A stretch of DNA of 64,000 bases from Dicyema japonicum (Eukaryota; Animalia; Dicyemida): contig RDEW01000058.1 in NCBI GenBank assembly GCA_011109175.1, positions 68,033-132,032 on the forward strand. Direction: 5' to 3'. The notes beneath the pieces are model-generated. The model searched no databases and had not been told where the DNA came from. It saw only the letters and a program-made list of their open reading frames with translations. Made by a program: the position numbers and the translations under genes. Position 1 is the first letter of the stretch. Each line of letters begins with the position of its first letter. Shown here one piece after another: positions 50,091-60,712 of this stretch.

Positions 50091-51499
50091 GTCTTTTAAA
50101 AAAATTAAAAAATAAAAAATATTAAAAATAATCAAATTGTTAAAATGCGAATATTAAAAAACAAATTTTATATTAAAATTAAATTTTATATTTTGAAATA
50201 AATCTGAAAACCCTGTAAACAAAATTAAAAATGATTGAGTAATAATTACAAACGTGGAACTCACCTAGACGATGAAACGGTCCGCACCGGAGTCTCCATC
50301 AGACTTGGCCTCCGATACTGTCATGGACAATAATCTTCATCAATGTAATTTTTAATAATTTCTGATGGCGAACAACCTTGCTGTAGAATATTTCAAATCA
50401 CATCGTTTTTCACTGTTTCAATGGCCGGAGTAGCACGTGAAATTATAGATTTATACAACATCTCCGTAAATTATGGCAAGTTGACGTTATAATAAATAAA
50501 AGTCAATATTTTGAAGAATATCGACACAGCATATCGCTGACCAACTTTGCGACCAAGCTTAGGACGTACATGCTAGGTCGCTCACAAAGGACGGTTTTGA
50601 ATTTTTATATTACAGGAAGTCATATCCTCGGTCTTGAATCAGGCTTTGCTAAGATGGTCAAATTAGACGCTAACGCGAGTATATTCATAAAAAGCATATT
50701 CTGTATTGGACCTTCTCAGAGCTCGGTTATGGATAGGTTATTTAAGGAGTAAATATATTCACCTCACTTACAGAATTAATGAATCTCCCCCAGAAATATC
50801 ACTGATGCTCGTGATATTGCCTTCCATACTTTATTTGCTGCGGCGCCTTTAAGACGATTGGGTGTTTACACTAAAAGTATTATTTTGAGTTACTCTAGTG
50901 TGGAATCTCATCTCAATCACGGGAAGGGGACATTTTGTGAATGACAGAGTAAATATTTTGTATGGAGGAAATTAATTTTTTGTTTTTTAATAGTAAAATT
51001 AAAATTGTGAAATATTAAATTATTATAGATAAATAGCAATTTAAAAATCACAGCACTTTCCGTGAGTCATAGTACTCATAGCTCTGCAGAGGCGGGAAAG
51101 ACAAGAGGAAACTACCTCTAAGGGTCATGTATAATGTGGAGCCTTGTAGACACATGAATTGTTAAATGGGCGAAACATGTTAGCTCATTTCTCGTTTACC
51201 CCCTTCCTCCTCACAATAATCGATCCAACTCGGTTATACTGGGTTAATGACCTGTCTCCAAAGACATTTCCTAGTAGTCAAAATGTGAAAACACATGTAA
51301 ATAGTAGCTCTTGTCAACCCGTGAGGGTAAGAGTCCTTCTGGCACTCGGACACACTTGTTGTGTCAGTAAATTGTCCAAAGACACGAACAAAAACTCACT
51401 AATTTTGAATAACTCCTTCAAATTAATGTGTTACTCTTAAGTACTTCGTTCGGACTTTAATGTCTCCAAGTCCGTCTCCTCGTCAACTCAAATACGAAA

Positions 51500-52380
51500 C
51501 AAATGATACGTCGCAGTTTTGATGGGATCAATCAATCTACCCAAAATTACTTATTTGGTCTCATTCAAGCCAATCGAGTCAGTACCTACAAAAATATTAT
51601 AGCACAGGTTGTTGATGATTCGATCCGAAGTATAATGATTGTACGGGATAATTTTATGCTTCTTATTTCTGATGCTGCCAGGTTTGACAGCCGGTTTTAA
51701 TTCATTTATGATTTTGATAAAAAAATTAAAAAAATGATATCCTAATCTTTTGTCATGTCAATTGCGTCTCCCATATTTTGCATAATTGTTTAATGAAGGT
51801 CAGAAAATCTTATCCAGAAGTAGATGATGTGATAGCTAGCGTACAAACTTCCATTAGGAAGAACCAAAAGCGAAATTGTTGTTTTCCGAAATTGGAATTT
51901 CAAAGTCGTGTTGACGAGAAGGGTACTTGGTTGAATGGTGCATCTTTTTATTCAAAAAATTTAATCCCAGAGATGAACATTTTTGAGTTAATTGATGACG
52001 AATGCATTTTAGTAACTTCAACGAAGAATGCATTAAAAAGTAAAAAGTAGTATTCGCAACTATTCACATATTCCAGGTTGTTCTATATAGTATTTTATCA
52101 CATAGAAAAAATATTACAATTAGAAAGTAACGAGTGTACACTAGAGTACGCATATTCAACGCTTAGTGAAAAGATTTTGCGAAAGATGAAACAGGGTGGA
52201 GAAAAGAATTTTGGAAAGCGACCTGACTGCATTATTAATATTGATTGTAAAAATGTCTCTCCTGAAATTATTTGTTCCTTCTAGATTGTCAGCCATCCTC
52301 AGCATCTGTCGAAGATGTTTTTCGCATTTCAAAAGTTTTTTGAGGACAAAACTTTTGTACACGAAATCAGGAAAAATACG
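51500..52380 (+). mobile_element. Degenerate hAT-like (CGGBP1-type) transposase
   Basis: DNFMLLISDAA, HVNCVSHILHNCLMKVRKSYPEVDDVIA, GTWLNGASFYSKNL resemble the hAT DDE/CxxH region. Confidence 0.65.
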
Positions 52381-52599
52381 TAATGTCCATTTTCTATAAA
52401 TAGTCTGTAAACAACATTTGTTTTTATTGTTTCGTATATTATTTTACAAATTTAAATTGAGAATAAATAAATTTAAATTTTTAATTTTAAGGTTAATAAT
52501 AAAGTTAACCTTTTAAAGTAGCTCCGCATAGGACACACATTTTGTTTAAGTAAAGTACAGTTAATTTTAACTAGTGGTAGAACCGAGGAATGATCATCA

Positions 52600-52771
52600 C
52601 TTCTTTTTTTCCTTTTCTTGTGTCTGGGTCCTTTATAGACTATCCAGTTCCGCAGTGAATATGCACTTTAACATCGTAGTTGCGTGGAACCTTCTACCAG
52701 GTGAACAGCAGCGAGAATCGAACCCGTAACCTATGCCACTTTGCCGACAGCTAACAAGTATGCCACCCGGC
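52600..52771 (-). mobile_element. tRNA-derived SINE
   Basis: A-box-like TGGCATACTTGTTAGC and B box GGGTTCGATTCTC (52713-52725), followed by a non-tRNA body shared with 49145-49311. Confidence 0.65.
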
Positions 52772-52934
52772 TTGTATAAAGGCTGTACTATTTTTAGGAA
52801 AAAATAATATCTGAATGTTCTCCAATTTGGATTTTATACAATTTTATCGCTATTCAATTTTATTGATCAATTATTAAAAATAAAACTGGTATTATTGAAA
52901 ATTGGCCAATTTAAGGGTTGACCAATTAAAGGGA

Positions 52935-53105
52935 CTTTGTTAATGCTTGTAGCGTACTTTTTTACGGACTCTTTACTACCACTATACTTGTTTTTTCTAT
53001 ACAACTTTCTTCTTTACTAGATTCTATAGTCCATCGGGTCCTCTGCTGTTTTCATTCCCCCTAGCTTTGGCATGATCCTTATCCAGACAGAGAGGTCGTC
53101 AAGAA
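52935..53105 (+). repeat. ~170-nt dispersed copy of part of the duplicated segment
   Basis: Matches 62410-62575 (+) and 38350-38520 (-): TACGGACTCTTTACTA...GGCATGATCCTTATCCAGACAGAGAGG. Confidence 0.85.
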
Positions 53106-53249
53106 AGTACGATGGGCATAGTGGAGAGGATGATTGTACAATCCAGTACAGATATGAATGTAAATTCAATGATGGAGACAACTTAGGAGGCCAAGTGGAC
53201 GCGAACTTACGGACAAACCAGGTTTTCTTGTTTTGTGTAGTGTGTCAGT

Positions 53250-53900
53250 TGTCAATGTTTTCTTTTTGTTATCCAGCTTTTTGGTTTTATGCCAATACTC
53301 TTCCGTCCTCATTTCTGACTTCTGTGACTTCAGTTTTGTTCGAGTTCATCGTTAGGAACTATTCAACCGACTTTACGTAATTTCCTTCAATAAAGCATCA
53401 AGAGCATCTTTTCCATTTGAAATCAATCTACATCGTCTGCATATGATATTGGCTTTTTGTGCCTTTACGGAAGCGCTATGGTAAGTCTAACCGACTCTTC
53501 CATTCTCTGTAGGGTTACATTGGCCAATTTTTTTCGAAGTGTGTTATCAGAATAACCGGTCTGAGGTTTTCTATTTAACCTTGGTCTGCGACCTTCTAAC
53601 GGGTATCAAGGTCCCTTCTCTCAGCGGTAGGCTGATGCCGGATCTGTACATTCCGCTTAAGATACGATGTTACATACAATTTTTGAGTTCCATATTTTAA
53701 GAATTTGTCATTGAGACTGTCTGAACATGGGTTCTGTTATATTTCAACATTCAGCTTGCTATTTGTACTTCTTGTGGGGGTATTTCCTTTTCAAGTTCGC
53801 CCCCTTCTGGACAGTATCAATGTTCCATTTGATTTGAACAACTTTTCGAAGTGGCAAGCGATAAGCTCTGCTACTTAAAATTGATCCACGATCTGTTTCC
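53250..53900 (-). mobile_element. Degenerate, internally deleted LINE RT fragment (RTE-like)
   Basis: HFEKLF, GTLIPV, NLRPVIL and ISYADDV on the minus strand. Confidence 0.6.
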
Positions 53901-53944
53901 CTTAGTCGACCTGCAAAGTTTTGTTGTATTGCTAAAAATATGTA

Positions 53945-54160
53945 TATATTTTCGTTGAGACGTCTGGCGTTATTGGCCCGAGCACGTCTGAGTTTATCAG
54001 GTTAATCTGGGCATGCACGAGTGCGGAAAGGTGAGCCTAGAATGACGCGATGGCTCTTCCAGAACATTGGGCTTGCAATCATTAGGGATAACTCCTATTG
54101 AGTGCTCAATGCCTTCAGGCCATAATGTACATTGTCATAACAACTAACTTTATTTTTATT
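53945..54160 (+). mobile_element. CRE-like REL retrotransposon, 3' fragment
   Basis: VETSGVIGPSTSEF..WLFQNIGLAIIR.N; DNA similarity to 27110-27415. Confidence 0.7.
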
Positions 54161-54559
54161 TTAATAAATTGATATTTATTTTAAAAAAATATGAAAATTA
54201 TTTTTTTGAATTGCATTTAACGTGATGCTAAGTGTCTTGGAATAAGATTTTATAATAGATGGAATTAAAGTTGTGCGATAAATATAAATTAAAGAATAAT
54301 GTAAGAATCGATGGAAGAGACTATCGTTCTTTTTGAGAAATAGGAATTGAAAAGGGAATTTTGCCTAATGTTAATTGATCAGCACGTGGTATAAACGAAA
54401 TACTGACGTTATCGTCGGTGTGAAGTGTGAATTATCAACGCCTTAAAAATCTAAACCAATTCTGGAAAAGTAGAATTTTATTTTGATTGGTATTTTTCTT
54501 ATAATTTATTTTAGTTCGAAAAATGTTTAATTGATTTTGAAGAAGATTATTCCCGCGAA

Positions 54560-55450
54560 ATGTCCATGGAAGTGATGAGTTTTATTACCAAAGCCTTCTC
54601 GAATTCAATTAAACGGAAACCCTTTTTATTGTCCCTTCTAAGCGGTGCTGGATTCTTCATGTTGATGTTTTGGCAGTTACTCTTTAATTATTAATAGTTA
54701 CTTGAATGTGGGGGAAGTGTATTTGATGTCACCGCGGTTCCCGTTAAAGTAGCCCTGCTTGATACTGCTATCCCAGTAACATCGGTCTCCGAACGATGAC
54801 CAAGTTGATGTGCAAGTTGAGCCAACTATCTGCAAAGGAGTCTACCTTGACATTAATTTCTTTCCTAGTGTAGTTACGACCAGCAAAGTTAGATTTGACG
54901 CGATATATGATTTATTAAATCGGAGACAACTATGTCTTGGATGCCTGTATGCTTGAGATTGCTTTTGATTTAAGTGCTAACGTGGTTGCTATGAAAAAAT
55001 TAGGAAATGGTGGGCTTGCCATTGATTGTTTGTTTAATATCATTGATGTATGAAGTTTTGTTTACATTTAGGTCGTACTTTGAGTGAAGCTGTTGATTCA
55101 TGGATTAGTTTGAATATTAGTCGTTGTAAATAAATAGATTTTTCCGACTTACTTTGAAATGTTAATACTATCATAGAATTTAAGTTAAAGGTGAGAGGCA
55201 GTTTAAATGGCATGGGTCTGGACTTCTCACTGAGGATTCTCCTAAGCAGTCGATGCACAGTAAGCGGCACATATAGAGGCAGGGCACAATCTTTCATACG
55301 GAAGGCCGTTATTCTTTCTACGCAATCACCCTCACTGGGTTAAGTAATTTTTCCTGTTTTTTGTTTACCTTCGCTGAAAAGCTTTCTTCCCTTGGCTACA
55401 ATATCTTTTCTGCAGTAGTTTTTAGATCCAAATAGCGGAAAAAGTGTCAA
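54560..55450 (+). CDS. Unidentified type II membrane protein gene or pseudogene
   Basis: ATG just after an AT island; MSMEVMSF..KRKPFLLSLLSGAGFFMLMFW (basic residues then a hydrophobic anchor); GT-AG introns of 22 nt (54676-54697) and 24 nt (~55048-55071); frames broken by indels. Confidence 0.4.
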
Positions 55451-55594
55451 CTCTTCTTCAGTTTGTAGTGATTTGATCAACAGTGAGGTTCTGATATTTT
55501 ATTTTTGAATCTTCTTAGTTGAATAAATTAACTAAGAAAGAACGTGTTGACCATAATTATTAGATTTTTCCAAACCACCGATTTCCTGTACGTA

Positions 55595-56957
55595 CAGTCG
55601 AACCCCGCCCCAATGAAACCCCCCTTGGGGCAACCTCGATTTTTGGGGCACTCTCGCTTTTTGGGGCGATTTTATTTTTTAGTACATTTTCCATCAATAA
55701 TTTCCAAATTTGGAAATTATCGAAACCCCAGTATGGGGCACTTTACTAATTTATTTTAATATTTTATTACATAATATTATTTTGAATAATATTATTTTTG
55801 AACACGTGATAATTGATTTTGAGTAATGCCTTCCAAAATTTCTATTGAAACAAAAATTAAAATTGCAAAGTGTCTACAAACTTTTTCTGAAAGAGAAGTT
55901 GCAAAAAAATTCAAGATAAGCAAAGGCACTATCTTCTCTGAATCAAAAAAAACATTTCTTCTTTCATTAATACCGGATCAGTCATTTCAAGATTAGTTCA
56001 AAAAGATGAAGTTGAACCAGTTTCTAATGAAGAAAATCAATTTCAAAAAATTGACGAATTAACTTTTAATACTTTTCGTCGTTTGAGGGATGATTCCTTT
56101 TCTATTTCGGGTACTTTTAATCAAAGCCATCGCGAAAAAAATATCGACAAAATTGAATTATTCAACATCTTTTAAAGCCTTAAACGGTTGGTTAGATAGA
56201 TTTAATAAGAGACATGATCTGGTTTTTAAAGCCATTTGTGGTAAAAAAAAATCCAGCAGATAAAATTAATTTGGCAAATACAACAATTAATCTTAAATCT
56301 TTGAAAAATATAGATATGCGACAGATTATGGTACTTGTTAAAAAAGCGTGGATGGAAGTTAAAGAAACAACAATAATTAATTGTTGGAAGAAAATTGAGG
56401 AAAATAGAGAAGAATCAGTTGAAGATAAAAATTGTCGGGAAGAACTCCTGGAAGAAATAGTAACTGAAGTAATATCTGAAGAAAACTGAAGATCTAGTCA
56501 AGAGTTGCGAGTTTTATAATGGAGTTGACACAGAGGACAAAACAACGATATCAGAAACTTATGAAATGATGGATAAGTTAGAAAATGTAGCTCAAAATAC
56601 ATCTTTTGAGACATTACAAAAATATTATAAGTTTAGATTTCAACTTAAAAAAGATTTAAGAAATAAGAAAAATTTGAAATTGACTGATTATTTCAAAAAA
56701 ATGCTTTAAAAATAATGATTTGTTAATTAATAAAAATCGAATAAAAAACATAGAATAGAAATCTATCAAACTATAGACCAAAAAATCACAACTTATTTTA
56801 TAAACACTTTGGAAGAGGTGAAGAAGTTTTTTTTTTGCAAAGTAAACAAAAATTAAAGTTAAATCTAACATAAATCAATAGTTTGAACCAAACCTCGGTT
56901 TTGGAGGGCACCCCCGCTTTTTGGGGCACTTTGATGCCCCACCCCGGGGTTAGACTG
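55595..56957 (+). mobile_element. Tigger/pogo-like DNA transposon, internally deleted
   Basis: TIRs CAGTCGAACCCC / GGGGTTAGACTG with TA on both sides; subterminal TTTTTGGGGC repeats; N-terminal HTH MPSKISIETKIKI.., CENP-B-like GWLDRFNKRHDL, then KKAWMEVKETTIINCWKK with the DDE core missing. Confidence 0.88.
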
Positions 56958-56959
56958 TA

Positions 56960-57190
56960 CATAGTTTTTATCTACTCTTTTTCATCTTAATAGAGTAGCT
57001 TCACCTGATCCACTTCTCTCAGGTGGCAGGCTGGCACGAAAAAGGATCATTTACTTTCCCCCAATCCACCGGAAGGGTTCCTACAACTGCAAGTTCCGGA
57101 TGGACTCAGTTTCTGCAGCAGTGGAAACTGGACACACTTAACTACTAGCGTACTTTTAACTTCTTTCCCAGTGTATCCGGGGTTAATAAT
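56960..57190 (+). repeat. Interspersed structured repeat, copy B
   Basis: See copy A; ends GTGTATCCGGGGTTAATAA like copy C. Confidence 0.75.
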
Positions 57191-57259
57191 TACTCCTAGG
57201 ACCAATAATATGCCTCGACAACTTATAGTTTAGTCTTTATCTTTGATTTTAGTGAATTT

Positions 57260-58540
57260 TTATGGCAGATGAAACCAACAGTATCTATTCGCCCTTCCAG
57301 AGCTCCTTTCGCAAGCTAGAGAGTGGAGCCCGAAACTATCGATCTGTTCATTTCTCTGCCCAAGAAAGTTCCCAAACTATATTAGAGATGATCTTGTGCA
57401 ATGTCTCATTTTTGGAAGATGATTGGTCAATGAACATGTATGACAGTGTTGGTTTAAGGATTCAGAGCTTATCGAGAGCCCAACATCATCCAGTCTAAGT
57501 TATGAGCCCTGGGAAAAAGGAAATGATGCTTTTGATTAAAGTGGTAACGACGAGCTTCGTCGAAGACTTTTTCTCAAGAAAGTCCGGTAGGAAAACGTAG
57601 GATATCTTGACCAAAAGGCTTCCACCTGAAGAGCGATCTCCAACGCCGCCGACCTGAGACCCGTACCTCCGAGGCGTGTAAGAAGCTTGAATTGATTCCA
57701 ACTCGGATCTTCAAAGTGGATGTTTATAAGCAATTCATCTGATTTTTTCAATGTCCTATCCAGTGACAGGAAGTTGTCACGATGTTTGAAGCAGGGAGAA
57801 CATTGGAGAGTATATAGGAGTTTGGGCAAGCCGATGCTATTCTTCAAAAGAAAGAACACTGTATGAGCATCGAGTAAGGAGTTTCTCCGTAACTCTAGAG
57901 AGTTCATTCTCTTTTGTTAGCAGATGGCTCCGCAGTTCCTTTTCGTCAAGTGGGCACCCAAGAAAGTATGTTCGCTCCCTGGGTGCGACAGTAAATCCAG
58001 GTAATACCGAGTTGAAAGACTCGACAACGTTGGTAAAATCACTCTCCGAGTACGTGGTATTTATTAGCTCCGATTCATTATATTTATCTCAAGTCCGAGG
58101 TTTCGTAGTGCCGACATGGCATGTGACAAAATGTCATGAACTTTTCTCCACGGCCCTTTAATCGTGACGTCATCAAGATACCAGAGGTCTAGTAGTGTGT
58201 TGATAGAGCGAACAATTTCATCGATGGCCAGAGCAAAGAGAAGTGGACCAAGTGGGTCCCCTAGTTGGACTCCAGTCTCCGAACAGATTATCTTGTCACC
58301 GAAAACCAGTGAAGACTTGGTTCCATAAGCGAGGTAGACAAGTGGAATAAGTTCCGGGGTTCGCTTGCTTGTAGTTTCGAAAATTTTATCCCTCCATCAG
58401 TGAATTGAAGGCATTGAGATGTCCAGCTTGACCCAAAAAAACACCTCGCACCATACACTGCCGCCTCGCATCTTTCCTAGTTTGTTCGTCTTTCTGTCCA
58501 AAAAAACACCTCGAACCATGCACTGCCCCTCGCATCTTCC
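57260..58540 (-). mobile_element. CRE-like REL retrotransposon with RT domain, degenerate
   Basis: CEAAVYGAR, KLDISNAFNS, GVQLGDPLGPLLFALAI, WYLDD, LLKNSIGLPKLLYTLQCSPC, GLHSLAC. Confidence 0.9.
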
Positions 58541-58599
58541 ATCATTAAATTAAAAATTTGTAAATTTTTTTACTTAAGTTGTTGAGTGTAACTTTCTAG

Positions 58600-59050
58600 A
58601 AATCTGAATTTCAACATTATGGTCTGGATATGCTGTCAACCTTGTACACGTGTATGTGCTGTCTCGGATCGTATTGCAGTCATGCAACTCAAGTTCAGAA
58701 CAAACCCAATTCTGTATTTCAATCACCAATGTCTATGCTCCGACCGCTACCCGGGTTGATGCCGCCCCGAAGAGCTCGATGTTTTCTAGTCATGTTTGAC
58801 TGGAACATATGACTCACTTTCGCCATCATATCCTACGTTCATTGGTTGTGACTGGTAGAGTTTGTAAAGTGAGGAAAACGGAGACTTGTATTGGATCGCA
58901 TTCCCAGAGCTGTGTTTCATTAGTCAAATAAAGCGAATCCTATTATTGCGAATACTGCCTTTGATCACCCAGCAAGACAAAATTACTGTGATTGTTCAAG
59001 TATGGATACAATGGGGACCTGATCAAAATATTCAACCAAGTCGACGATGT
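58600..59050 (+). mobile_element. Degenerate APE endonuclease fragment (RTE-like LINE)
   Basis: SDRIAVMQLKF...ITNVYAPT..EELDVF. Confidence 0.55.
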
Positions 59051-59199
59051 CGTGTGTAAAAGTAACGATAACCTTTATACGAAACTTAAGATCTTATGAT
59101 GGCCTCGAAACTTCCAGTGAACACAAACTAGCGATAACTCGATTCTCTTAGAGAGTATGTGTAAACCTGCAAGACGTGGAAACCCAAAGCTTGAAAGAT

Positions 59200-60310
59200 T
59201 ATATATAATATAAAAATAACACCAGAGACCACGATCACACAAACTAACTAATCACGTGATCCCAGACGCTCTAGCAGGGACCTCATCTTAGCCCGAAAGT
59301 CCTCCCTCGTCTTCGCACAAGCACGTATCGGTCGAGTGACTGGACCTTCGCAGTCACGACGGCACACAACGTGGTTCATTTTTATTAAGGCTTCAAGAGG
59401 CATTGGTGGCTGGAGTTCTCCAGAAATCCAGCGTTCCGTGACTTTGGAGGCTCTTCTCCGGCTAGCCTCTATCTTCAAGACATTTGTCCAAGAGATGAGT
59501 GGACCCATATACCGCATGCATAAGAGATGCATGGTTCAATAAATTGTTTATATACAGTTCACAAAACAGAATGCTTTCCGATCTCCATAAGTCTGTGAGG
59601 CATTTCAGAACATTAGTTTTCTATTCGCATTTCGTCATTACGCTTTCAACATGGAGCGAGAATGACATATGCATGTCAAAAATCACCCCAAGGATCCTTT
59701 GGGATTTTCTGTAAGGACTAGCTTCATTGTTTGCCTTTACTTCAACCGTCAATCCACCCAGTTTCTTGTCTGAAGTAAATAGGGTTGTGACGGACTTTTT
59801 ACTGCTAGTAGTTAGGCGATTCTTCAATAGCCATTTGTCAACCCGGTCCAGATTTTCTTGCAATTTCAAAGTGGGAATCTGGATCTCCTGATTGCGTGAG
59901 GCAATGACGATGTCGTCGGCATAAGTTAAAATAATTTCATTTTTGGAGTCTGGAGTGAGAAGGTCCGCCATGAATAGATTGAATAAAACTGGAGACAAAA
60001 GGGATTTTTGGGGAAACTCGTTAAGGAGAAGCCGTGAAGTAGACCTTGACTGGCCAATGCAGACGCGTCCCCTTCGACCACTAAGGAAGTTAGCTAGCCA
60101 GAGTTTGAGCTTTCAGGGATCTTTGTTTGGTAAATTTTCCAAGTAAGAATCCGTATTGACACAGAGTCGAAAGCCTTGTGGACGTCTATGGAGCAAAGTA
60201 CAGTCATCATGTGTCCCGGTCTGTGCGAGAAACCATATCGTATAAAGTTAGTCAATGCCGATAAGTAGCTTCATCAGATCCACCTCGGTTTGTACAATCC
60301 GAATTTGATC
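59200..60310 (-). mobile_element. Degenerate LINE RT and C-terminus, same family as 36100-38090
   Basis: TVLCSIDVHKAFDSV, LSPVLFNLFM, YADDI, ILGVIFD, LYKQFIEP..SYAC.IW shared with the 36-38 kb element. Confidence 0.85.
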
Positions 60311-60340
60311 ACCAAGAGTAAGAATTTAATTTTTTAATTT

Positions 60341-60690
60341 ATTAACCCCGGATACACCGAGAAAGAAGTTAAAGTAAACAACTAATTAAATGTATCCAGT
60401 TTCCACTTCTACAGAAACAGAGTCTATCCGGAATCAGCATAAAAGGTAAGACGTCCATTACATGCAGTTGTGGAATTCCCTCCAGTGGAGTGGGGAAGAG
60501 AAATGATTCTTTTTCGTGCTGCCCTGGAACTGGGCGTCACCTAGACAGGTAAATCACATGACGCCACTCTAATAGGAAGAGAGAGGAGGAACAAACCAGC
60601 AAGCAGGAAACTTCATCAATTAACCACGCAGCACAAGATGGCGCCACGCGGCTAATTTCAGGTCCCAACCGAGCCATAACCACAAGAATG
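60341..60690 (-). repeat. Interspersed structured repeat, copy C (longest)
   Basis: Reverse complement aligns with copies A and B. Confidence 0.75.
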
Positions 60691-60712
60691 CAAAAATTAC
60701 AAGAGTAAGAAA

